Source: Vicugna vicugna
Taxonomy: Eukaryota
Length of the DNA: 46,248 nucleotides
NCBI GenBank assembly: GCA_013265495.1
Contig: MU058636.1
Location: forward strand, 2,790,001 to 2,836,248
Direction: 5' to 3'
Positions 36,701 to 46,120 of the stretch are shown piece after piece; the first letter of the stretch is position 1, and every line of letters begins with the position of its first letter. A program made the position numbers and the translations under genes. Below the pieces are notes generated by a model. The model was not told the DNA's origin. It saw only the letters and a program-made list of their open reading frames with translations, and ran no database searches.

Positions 36701-37090
36701 TATTTCAACAAACTCTGTCAAGGTAGCCTATTCAAGGAAAAACCACAGGCCAGTTTTTCCCCCTAATTACCCAGTCCGAGCCTCAGGATAAAACTACTCA
36801 GTGTCTAAATGGAGCAAAATCTTCCCAGTGCTTTCCCTGAGGATAACCCAGGTACCTCTTCTCGAAACTAAGTTTCAAGGATAAACTCCTCAACTTGATC
36901 TTCCAAGAGGAGTTTTAACACCACTGAATAAAACTTAGGATCATTAACCAATAACAGGAGATCCTAGAATCAGGAGAGACTCACCCAAATTTGGACTCTT
37001 CGAAAAGTCAGATGGGCCCAAGAGGCCTGTGCTGGTACCAAGGCTCCAGGTCCTCATAGAGTTCAGGCGAAGGAGAGGAGTCTGCTCTGG

Positions 37091-37112
37091 GTCCCTTCGT
37101 AAATGGTCACCA
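37091..37112 (-). other. Primer-binding site of inner ERV, tRNA-Arg type (degenerate)
   Basis: Minus strand TGGTGACC(ATTT)ACGAAGGGAC versus the recalled Arg PBS TGGCGACCACGAAGGGAC, 4 nt from the LTR end. Confidence 0.75.
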
Positions 37113-37116
37113 AAAC

Positions 37117-37605
37117 TGTTGACTGAAATAAAATGCACAACCTAGAAGTTGAGTTATGTTTTATTCGGCAGACATTTCTGAGGTCTTAAGATTTAAGCCC
37201 CGGATGCCAGCCTCTCAGGTCACTGAGGGTCTGCTCCGAAGAGGCAGGGGAGGAGCCAGGATGTACAGGAGTTTTTACAATAAAGATGAGGGAGTTGGAA
37301 CAGGAAAAAAATTACTGTTAAAGAAAACCAGACATCTCAAGTTAAAGAATTTAGTGCTTTTCTATGTCTGGGAAGGTGCAAAATGTCTGGGCTCATTGAC
37401 ATCATCCCTGTGCTACGCTCCTAGCTACTTAGGGCCAGTGTCCTGTGCTTCCCCACCCTGAGTCCCCTGGGGGGTGTCACTGGGGGCGGCCGCAGAGGCC
37501 GGGCTGCCTGCTTGTCTGTATCCCAAGTTGGCGGTAGTGGCCTGACTTGATGGCCACAGCATTCTTTGTTCACTGATAAGCCTCGTAAACGGAAAAATAC
37601 TGCAA
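37117..37605 (-). mobile_element. 5' LTR of inner ERV (outer tip micro-inverted)
   Basis: Direct repeat of 30777-31256. Its terminal segment is present as the reverse complement at 37582-37605. Confidence 0.92.
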
Positions 37606-40270
37606 GCTTATCACTCATCCGACAATGCCATGTAATTTAACATACCAACCAATTCTGGTTAAATATTTTTCTCTGAGATGTCTCAGGGGTTCTCTGAAGC
37701 ATCTCAAAGTTAGCTGAAGTAAAAAAAAAATTTGATTAGAATTTGATAGGAAGTTTGTCAACAACATCAAAGTTTCACACAATTTGTTATCAGAAGCATT
37801 TTAAGTAAACTTGTTCCCTTAACAGAGAGGAACCAAATCTAGTCCTGCACTAGTCTTCTTTTAATAACAAAATCCACTTACCTGCTGAAGTTGAATCTCA
37901 GCCCGACCATGCACAAAACCCTTCTAGGGCCCCCTGTTCACAGACTTGCCACAACTTTCAGTGTCCCTGTTAGTTTGTCCCTTGTCTTTCATCTAGAAGC
38001 AAAGGAGCTTTATTTAGGACAATTTTTTTTAACTCAAAACATATAACCTGCTTTCCTGCTGTATACTGAAATTTTTCTTTTATTATTTTTAGTAACTTGA
38101 GTGACATTTACATCAGAATCCTCAACTCTTCAAAACTAATTTCTAGTGAAAACAAAGAAGCAAGCAGTTATGAACTGCCTTTTGCAATAGCATTCTGTAG
38201 ATTGGCAAACACACACCAATTATAATTTCTAAAACATATGCTTTTTATAGAAAACATCTCAGTGTGACACCAAACATATTTAATAATAGTCCTTTTAGTT
38301 TCTCTGTAAAGGGAATCCAAAGTTCAGTGAATAATGTCCAGTATCTTACTCTGGGAGTGACCTAGCTATTCAGCAAACTTCCACCATTTAACTTAAGTTA
38401 GCACAACTCCCAAATTTCAAGTTATCAAGTATCTACAGAGATCACTTTTAAGCAGACATTCCTAAAACAGAATTATTTCCAAAAAGTTCACCCCAAAGCT
38501 CCTGGGGTGTTATCTGCATTTAATTTGCCTATAAGAATTGTCATGCCAAGTTAATTTTTTTTTTCTTTTTGACAAACTCTGCAACAGAAGGAACATGAAC
38601 CTTTTGACTTCCAGGAAACCTTGGCACAATAAAAGACATGTCTGTGTTGATTATACCAAAGTTTAAGCTAGCTTTAATATCAGATATTAATTTAATATTG
38701 AATATTTCCTAGATCACATGAGCCTGAAATTTGTTGTCTAGCTTCTTTTATACTTAGAAGTATTCAATTTGTAGTGCTTGCTTGTCAATCAAGTAGAACT
38801 CTTTTGTATGTTAATTTTTATGTAAAGACAGGACCAGAGTTTTTTAAAAAAACTTTTTCCTTGAGACCCCAGGTAGATCATTTACATCTCAAAGGCGGAG
38901 GAAGAGAAATGCAAATTCTTTCTCTAACGGCTTATACAAAACCTAATCATCTTGGCTGTTTACAGGGATTATTTTTCCAGTTCTCAAATATCCACTGCAG
39001 CTTAAAAGAAATAATAGTAATAGACAATAATACATGTTAATCATATGCTCACATTCACATGCTTCACTTTCAGCAAAACTAGGAAGAGAGAACAGGATTT
39101 GGACTCAGGTACCAAGATACTCAGACACACTCACACCCCTGCCCCCAAGATAAAGCTGACCTGCAGAAGGCCCACTCTGATAAAACAGCAGAGCCACCAG
39201 GGCCATTGTTCTTCAGACCTCAGGGAGCACTGAGGCCACACAGTGTTACAGTGAAAATGTTCCTTTTATTTATGGGAACATAGCTGAAGATCTACCGGTT
39301 TTGCAAAATACACTCTAGGAGGACCATACGTAAGGCAGAACAGAGCTCTGATCATCCGCGCTTAATTATTCATGGCTGAGGTTACCAGATGTCAAGCAAA
39401 GAATTCAGAATGTTCTCTCGGGGTCACAGTTCTCTAGCCCCAAAAGGGAGGTTCCTAACTAAAGCCCCGTCAGTCCAGTAGGGGAGAGCCCCGACCAGCG
39501 CCCCGTCAGAGATGAAGCTGAGTGAACAACCAAGGCTAGAAAGGGAACGTCCGGACCCACATGCTGCCACAGGGGAGGTCAAGGCGATAGGGAGGGTTCC
39601 CTGGTGTCGTCACACCTGAGCCCGTGGCTCAAAGACCTCTCAGCCGGCCAGTGCAAGTACTGACACAGCCACACGTGCAGCAAACACGGTTCTGCAAACA
39701 AAAGATCCAAGTGTAGCCCCAAAATTCCACTTCCACTCCCAGACAGAGGCCTTCAAACAGACTGGCCCAGCCCTCAAAAGAGAATGGACCCGGAGTGGTT
39801 CTCAGCCCAGGTGGAGGGGGTGGAATTCTCCCATCCTGCGCAGCCTGAGTGGCTCACCCCAAAACCACACACACAAGAAAACACTGGCAACAAATAAGCT
39901 ACGGTCATACAGGCAGAGGAGGTGTAGTCCAAAAATTCCACTTCCTCCCCCAACGGAGGCCTCCACACAGAAGGGCCCAGAGAACAGGCCCAGGGTGGCT
40001 CGAGGGGAGCCCAGAGCGGCTCCCTTCCCGGTGGGAATGAGCCCGGGTGGAGAATCGCCAGCCGGCGGGAGCTGGAGCCCCTCACCCCCCCAGTCACAGA
40101 ATACGCACCGCAGCTCTGGACGTTTCTAGGCTCCAAACAGCCTCAGGCTAGGGGCGGCTGGCGCCTGCTGGGGGACTCTCTTCCGGCTCCCCAGAGCGAA
40201 GTGAGCTCTGGCAGCTGCTGGGACGCAGGGAAGGGGCTGCCGCCTGGCTGGGCCGACCTGCCAGGGCACG

Positions 40271-40291
40271 GACTCCTGCGCTGGCTCCCCA
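40271..40291 (-). other. Primer-binding site of outer ERV, tRNA-Arg(ACG) type (degenerate)
   Basis: Minus strand TGGGGAGCCAGC(G)CAGGAGTC versus the recalled TGGCGAGCCAGCCAGGAGTC, 4 nt from the LTR end. Confidence 0.75.
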
Positions 40292-40295
40292 GAAC

Positions 40296-40760
40296 TGTTA
40301 CTGGAGACGAGTTCTAGTGCCCGACGCACCATGAGGCCAAATAAGCTGAAATGTCAGAGTTTGGAGCACAGAAAGGTTTATTGCAGGGCCGGGCAAGGAG
40401 GATGGACGGCTCGTGCTCCAGAAAACCCTGAACTCCCTGAAGGGGTTCCTCAAAGCTTATTTAAAGGTCAGGTGGGGGAGGGGCGTCACAGGTGCGTGAT
40501 CAGCTCGTGCGACTCTCTGATTGGCTGATGTGGGAACAGGGTAGTCAACACTATTAACCCCTGGGCACCAGGTGTGGGGCCACGTGTTCTCCATCATCAG
40601 GCAGTTCATTTCTACCCTTTCGTGGTGATTTTTAGCATCTGAGAAATTCAGGAAATATATGTGACATACTATTATCTGGGTCCTTCAGAGAGAAGCTGCA
40701 GCAGAGGACATGGGGGTGGGTCTGTCCCCGGAAGACCCCACAGGGTCCTGCTCGGTTACA
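40296..40760 (-). mobile_element. 5' LTR of outer ERV
   Basis: tgtta...ttaca ends. On the minus strand CCAAT (40520-40524), TATA-like TTTAAATAA (40457-40465) and AATAAA (40377-40382) occur in U3-R order, adjacent to the PBS. Confidence 0.9.
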
Positions 40761-40837
40761 CATGGGCCTGGCCGACCTCGGGTTAAGTGCCTTCCTCCGT
40801 GATTGCTACCTGATGGCTCCTTATCCTCCCCATGCAG

Positions 40838-41054
40838 ACAGCTGTCGGAGGAAAACGCCAATCTCCAGGAGTACGTGGAGAAGGAAACCCAGGAGAAGAA
40901 GAGACTGAGCCGGACCAACGAAGAGCTGCTTTGGAAGCTCCAAACTGGGGACCCAACCAGCCCGATTAAACTGTCCCCCACATCCCCCGTTTACCGCGGC
41001 TCCTCCTCCTCCGGTCCCTCCTCTCCCGCCAGAGTCAGCACGACGCCCAGATGA
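40838..41054 (+). CDS. MTUS2: MTUS2 terminal coding exon: (R)[71 protein letters not shown]
   Basis: cctccccatgcag acceptor at 40837. Phase 2 completes the AG|A Arg codon from the previous exon. TGA at 41052-41054. Matches the recalled MTUS2 C-terminus. Confidence 0.95.
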
Positions 41055-43700
41055 CGCCACCACGCAGCCGGCGGAGCTGCGGCGCCCGGTCCACGCGGGC
41101 TTCCACCTCGAGGGAGTGTTGGCCATGGGCCGGCTCAGCTCGCCCCGCGCGCATGCCCAGTAGCTGCATAGCTGCATCCCAGGCTGAGTCCTCTTCTGAT
41201 CCTCGTGTAAGACTGTCCTGGTACTGGCCCTTAGGCAAGTGTAAACGGTAGTGTCTGATGTGCAAACGTTTGACCATAGTTAGAACCAAAAGAGAGAAAT
41301 GCCAATTGTTCTTGAGCAATGAACTTTTCCACTGCAGAATTTCAGGTTAGTTACAACTAGCTCAGTTTTGAGTACCCATTGACTACGCATTGTGTACTGC
41401 ACCGATATGTGTGTATATTTAGATACACGTATATACACATGCAGCAGTTCTGAATTGCATTTTTTATAACATGAAGTGCTGACATATTTTGGTGACGGTC
41501 AGCAGTTTTCTAACTTGTGCCTCAGAATTATTGGGAAATGAAAACGCATTTCTATCTAGCTTCCCAGGAATATTTCTACCCAAAATAGAAAAAGGAAAAA
41601 AAAAAAAGATACAGAGAAGAAGCGCCTTTCAACCTACCACCAAGTGGTACTCTGTTTAACACAAACACCAGCCATTCATGAACGGTAACTGCATTTGGAA
41701 CAATCAGCTTCTTAGTCAACATGACATGAGGTCACTGTTACTCCATCCGCAAGTTTTAATTATTAACACTCCTGTCTGAGTGGATAAGGGGCAGCAGCAG
41801 GAAACCCTGAGGGGGTTAGCAGTCTTACAGTTGTTACTCATGACAGTGGATCATCTATAGTCTTGTAAACACAACTTTTGCTTTTTTTCCTAAGTGGCAC
41901 CACAGAATCCATCATTAAGCTATTGCATCCTTGGGAAAATATGGAAGCACATGACCTGATAGAGTCAGGGTGAGAATGACCTTGGAGTTGGCCAAGACCA
42001 TTCATGCTCTGCCCTCAAGAAGGAAAACTGCTGAGAGGGTCTGTATCCTGACTAAGCATAGGGTAGGAACGCATACTCCGGCATCCCATTTGCTTTGCTC
42101 TGATGTGATGCCCTAAACGGTCAACCCACCAAAATCTGACCCTCGGCCCCATTTCACTGGCTCCCCTCTTCCATTTGGCTCTGTAACCCAACCCCATCCC
42201 TGTACACTGAGAAGTTCAGCGGATCTAGCAGGGGCTTCCAGAAAACCAATTCCTGTCCTGGGGGGTCAGTTCCCCAAGCTGTGCTGGATCATCACATGAC
42301 CTTCCAGAAGCCCAGGTGCATTTTCTGCTGGATGATCAAGCAATATCACAGCTCACAGCGGCCCCACCTTTGGTCCAGGAGGCTCCTGCAAACAGAGGAG
42401 CTCCATGAAACAGCCAGCCAGTGGTCACTGGCTTCCGGACTGGCATTTGTCTCTGAAATGGTAGAATTAGAACGTGTAGTGCTGTGAACCATTAGAAGCA
42501 TGACACACAAAAGAAAGAAGTAGTTTTGACAGTTGCTATGGTGATGATAACAATGCCTTTACTTACTCTTTGTGATGAAGACCCTGCACTTTTCTCCCTA
42601 AGGCCCCTAGAAGTGGTCCTGAGCCCCGGGCTGGCTCTGAGCACACCCGAGGCAGGCGGACTCATGCAGGGATGCTTCGTGGGCCAGAGCCGCGGAGCAG
42701 GGAAGAAATGGCCCACAGAAGGGTCAGCCTGCCCAGAGCCCAGCCTGCTCAGTGCAGATGTGGCCGTGTGACGACAGACCTGGTCTGTGTTCCTTGCATG
42801 AGTCAAGGCTGGGCTTCCTGGCCTCACATACATCTCATTTCTAGCAAACCTCCAGGCCTCTGCCCATCCTGGAGACACACACAGGAGATACCCACTGAAG
42901 AGCATTTTTTTCTCCCCTTAGTGGCTCTGCATGGCGCTGTGATACTGAGCTGGGCATCCCGTTAGAGTAGTTCATGCCACGTTGACTAAATCACACAAGC
43001 GTTTCTTCTTTCAGCAGCACCACCTGCCAACACACGTTCAGCGGTAGCTCAGCCCTCAGATTAGGGGCTGCTTCCATAAAGGCACCTGCTAAATGCAGTT
43101 ACACAGCAATACAGACTTCAGTGTTACGTTAGACTGTGGTGCGGTGTGTTAGCCTAGTGCGGTCAGAGTTGTCTGGTGTTACAACCGAGTCCTCCCTCCC
43201 TAGGTCGGCGAGGGCTTGCCTCTCACCAGCCCTGGCCTGGGTACTTGAGCTAATTCCCACGTTGCCCTGGCCTCGTCTCCTCATCCTGGACACCCATCCC
43301 ACATGGCTCCAATCCCAAAACACGAGGGGCAGCCGCCACCGTGTCCCCCGTGCCCCTCCACCCCACCCCGTTAGGACTTGGCCCTCTCGCAGTGTGGAAG
43401 CCCCCAGGTGTCCACCTGCCAGGCTGGAGCTGTTGCCATGCAGAAATGCCACAGCCTCCCCGCCTGCCTCAGACCCAGCAAACCTCAGCAACCTCTTGGT
43501 GTGTGGGTGCCCCACCCGCCCCCAGCCCCCCACATGCTCCGAGGAGGTTCTGGCTGGGGGTCGGGGACAGGGAGGGGCCGGAGGGCCGGTGCACTTGGTG
43601 ATGAGCTGAACGGGGTTACACGTTCCTTTTCCGGCCCCTACGGTTTCTGTGTTGCATATTTGTGTTTGAAGCATATTAAAATGACCTTGAGGGATCTTCT
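41055..43700 (+). other. MTUS2: Probable MTUS2 3' UTR
   Basis: Repeat-poor sequence after the stop codon, with an AT-rich UTR-like block at about 41200-41950, ending at a candidate ATTAAA signal. 3' end inferred. Confidence 0.6.
43675..43680 (+). terminator. Candidate polyadenylation signal ATTAAA
   Basis: U/GU-rich upstream (tttctgtgttgcatatttgtgtttg) and GU-containing downstream (tgtgatatg, tgatgtgactgtt) context. Confidence 0.55.
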
Positions 43701-45930
43701 GTGATATGCACTTGATGTGACTGTTGGCCTGGCCCTCTCAGGCTTCAGATCAGGCGGGGATCCAAGGCAGGGAGGCCAGAAAGGTATCCTGCAGGCTGGG
43801 TTCCTTTTGTGTGCGTGGTGGAGTCAGCTGATCAACACGTGGTCTCAAGACCCATCCCCCCAACCAACCCTCCCCCCACCCCTCCCCCCAACTCAGCAGG
43901 ACCGAGGTCCCTGCACCCATCTTTCCAGCGTGGGACCTTCAGCAGCCCCGTCCAGACTTTGGGGGCTCAATGCCCCCCCACCCCCAGTCTCGGGTAGACT
44001 GGGTGGAAAAAAGACAAAAGATTAAGTTACCACCGCCTCTCCATCACTATCAAATTCAGACCCCGACCAGTGTTTCCACCCAAAGGGCACTTAGTCTGTC
44101 CTAAATCCTGTCAGTTTGCATCTGGATGGTCACAGAGCTCTCCCTGAGAGAGCCACTGGGGACAGGCCTCCTGGTGTGGTGGCGGTGGTCACAGCACACA
44201 CTTGTTGTGAGCTGTCTCAGGCCCACAGGGTTCACAGGACCCTGGAAAGCTCTGAGCCAGGACACTCCATCCTGAAAACGTTCACTCCCCGCACCCAGGC
44301 CTTCAGATGGGGTGGCAGCCAGTTGGCTGGCAGCCCTGGAATGTCCTGCTGGGGCCGGGCCTGCCCTGCCTGGGGTCTCGGGGAAGAACGGCCTCTGTGG
44401 GGATTGGCAGGGACCTCAGGGAGACTCGGCCCGCCTGCCCTCCTGAACCGTAGCTGAACAGGAGCCCCTCCGCAGGTGAGGAATCACAGCGGGAGTTACT
44501 CTTTACGCGCCAGCACCACCCCAAGAGCCCCTGAGCGTCCAGGTCACTGGCAACGGCTGCTATTAATGATTTCCTTGTCAACCGGTTCCAACCTGCTCGT
44601 TTCTTGGGCCTCCATTTTATAATAACCACCCTCCCTTGTCCGCCCCGCACGCATCAGCACCTCCCCTTCACAAGGGAGCGGCCGGCGGAGAAAACAGGGC
44701 CCAGCCGCCTCCCCCTGCGCAGAGCTGTGCTCCCCACGGCTTACCTGGCAGCGACAGAGACCTGTGAAGTCAACCAGCCGGTCCTCGCTCTGTGCCGAGG
44801 GCCCAGCGCTGCGGCTCTCCTCGCCTGGAGGCTGGGATGTCTCGGCAGGAAGGAGCCAGGGGGAGGGAAGCTCAGGTAGACGGGGGAGCGGATGCGTCCC
44901 ACCTGTTGTCGGAGTTGAAGGCTCTTCTCACAGCTGCATCCACGAACAGGCATCGAGCAGTGGCCCCCGCCGCACTCTCACCGCAGCCTGATAGGCAAGA
45001 GGCAGGCTCCTGCCCACGTGGGAGTTTGGGGCAAACGCTTAAAGAATAAACATCACCGCCGGCTAGGGCTAATTCACTTAAGTTTGCTAAATGTCTTTTT
45101 ATTTTTAAGTTTGCTCTTCTCAAACCTCTTTAAAAACAACAAAAGCAGGGATACCTGGGGCCTCTGACCTCCAAGCCCTGTTCTTTCCCCCGCAGCGTGG
45201 GGGGTGTGCTCTGGAGTCGCGGGCGGGCGAGCGAGCGAGCGAATTCGCCTCGCTCGCCGTGTCTGCTCGTTCCAGCACCACGCGGAGTGAGCGCGGTGCA
45301 GCCTCGGCCCCACCGCGGGCAGCCCAGTCCGCCACGCGCTCAGCTGCCCCTGTCCGGGGTAACTGCACCCAAATCCAAACCCGCGTAGCTCGGGCCGCGT
45401 AGCACGGCCCCCGCCCCCCGCTCCCCGTCCCGGTGCTGCGGAGCCCAGCCTCTCACTCCCCCCCGCCCGCCGCAGAGCCGAGCGCGCCGGGTCGGCACTG
45501 AGAAGCGGGCCCGAGGCTCACTTCAGCAGCAGACCGGCCGCTTTACTCCCTAAGCCTTGCTCACAGCGCACTTTTTATGGCGGTATTTATGGCTTGGTGG
45601 ACAGGCTTATTTGGCAAAAACCAACTATGCCCCTTGGAAGAGGGCGGACAGGGGTCCCCCCAGTAGGCGTCCCCGCCCTCCCGGCCGTCTGGTGGCCGAG
45701 CGCGCTGGGCTGGAGTCCCCAGGATTCCTCCCCACCGTCGAGGCCGGGCTGTCTGGGGGCAGCTTCTGAGTCACCAGACGTGTTTCAAAACCAGACTTCC
45801 TCCAGGTGACTTCCCCACCCCCAGGCCTCCAGACTGGAGGGGCTTCTCCGGGCCTTGCGGGCCCGCTGTCAGGGTTTCCTAGGAAACTGCTAGAAGCCTG
45901 CTGGGGGCTCTTCGGGCTGCCCGCCCGCGC

Positions 45931-45949
45931 CGGCCACTAGGTGGCAGCG
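45931..45949 (+). promoter_or_regulatory. CTCF motif, forward
   Basis: CGGCCACTAGGTGGCAGCG contains the common CTCF core variant CCACTAGGTGGCAG. Confidence 0.65.
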
Positions 45950-46002
45950 TGGCGCCGCGGGACCTCCTGCCCCGAGGCCGAGGCGGGCTCTGGGGGGGGG
46001 GG

Positions 46003-46120
46003 NNNNNNNNNNNNNNNNNNNNNNNNNNNNNNNNNNNNNNNNNNNNNNNNNNNNNNNNNNNNNNNNNNNNNNNNNNNNNNNNNNNNNNNNNNNNNNNNNN
46101 NNNNNNNNNNNNNNNNNNNN
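46003..46120. other. Assembly gap (118 N) following a poly-G run
   Basis: Run of n. Confidence 1.

Larger units (their letters stand above)
30777..37607 (-). mobile_element. Inner endogenous retrovirus (ERV1/MER4-int-like, non-autonomous) nested in the outer ERV
   Basis: LTR pair 30777-31256 and 37117-~37605, PPT at 31257-31270, Arg PBS at 37091-37112, and a splice donor GG|GTGAGT (minus strand, ~36979-36986). AGGC TSD at 30773-30776, recovered on the right after undoing a micro-inversion. Confidence 0.9.
28561..40760 (-). mobile_element. Outer endogenous retrovirus (ERV1/class I-like, defective), interrupted by a second provirus
   Basis: Homologous LTRs at 28561-28927 and 40296-40760, PPT at 28928-28940, tRNA-Arg PBS at 40271-40291, and an env ISU remnant near 29440-29498. 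Candidate CATG TSD at 28559-28562 / 40761-40764. Confidence 0.88.

Noticed and set aside
30859..37461. Duplicated small protein gene (ORFs 30859-31053 and 37156-37461 with near-identical peptides)
   Set aside because: They are antisense frames within the two LTRs of the inner ERV, and they diverge by a frameshift.
31900..40270. Intact or recognisable gag/pro/pol in either provirus
   Set aside because: No long minus-strand ORFs, and I could not identify YxDD, CCHC or integrase motifs. Highly decayed remnants cannot be excluded without a translated HMM search.
8346..41054. Assignment to the paralogues MTUS1 or CCDC69
   Set aside because: They share the LEEKI..LQQ.NEDL coiled-coil motif, but the exon peptides and the C-terminus ...[19 protein letters not shown]...VSTTPR match MTUS2 as I recall it.
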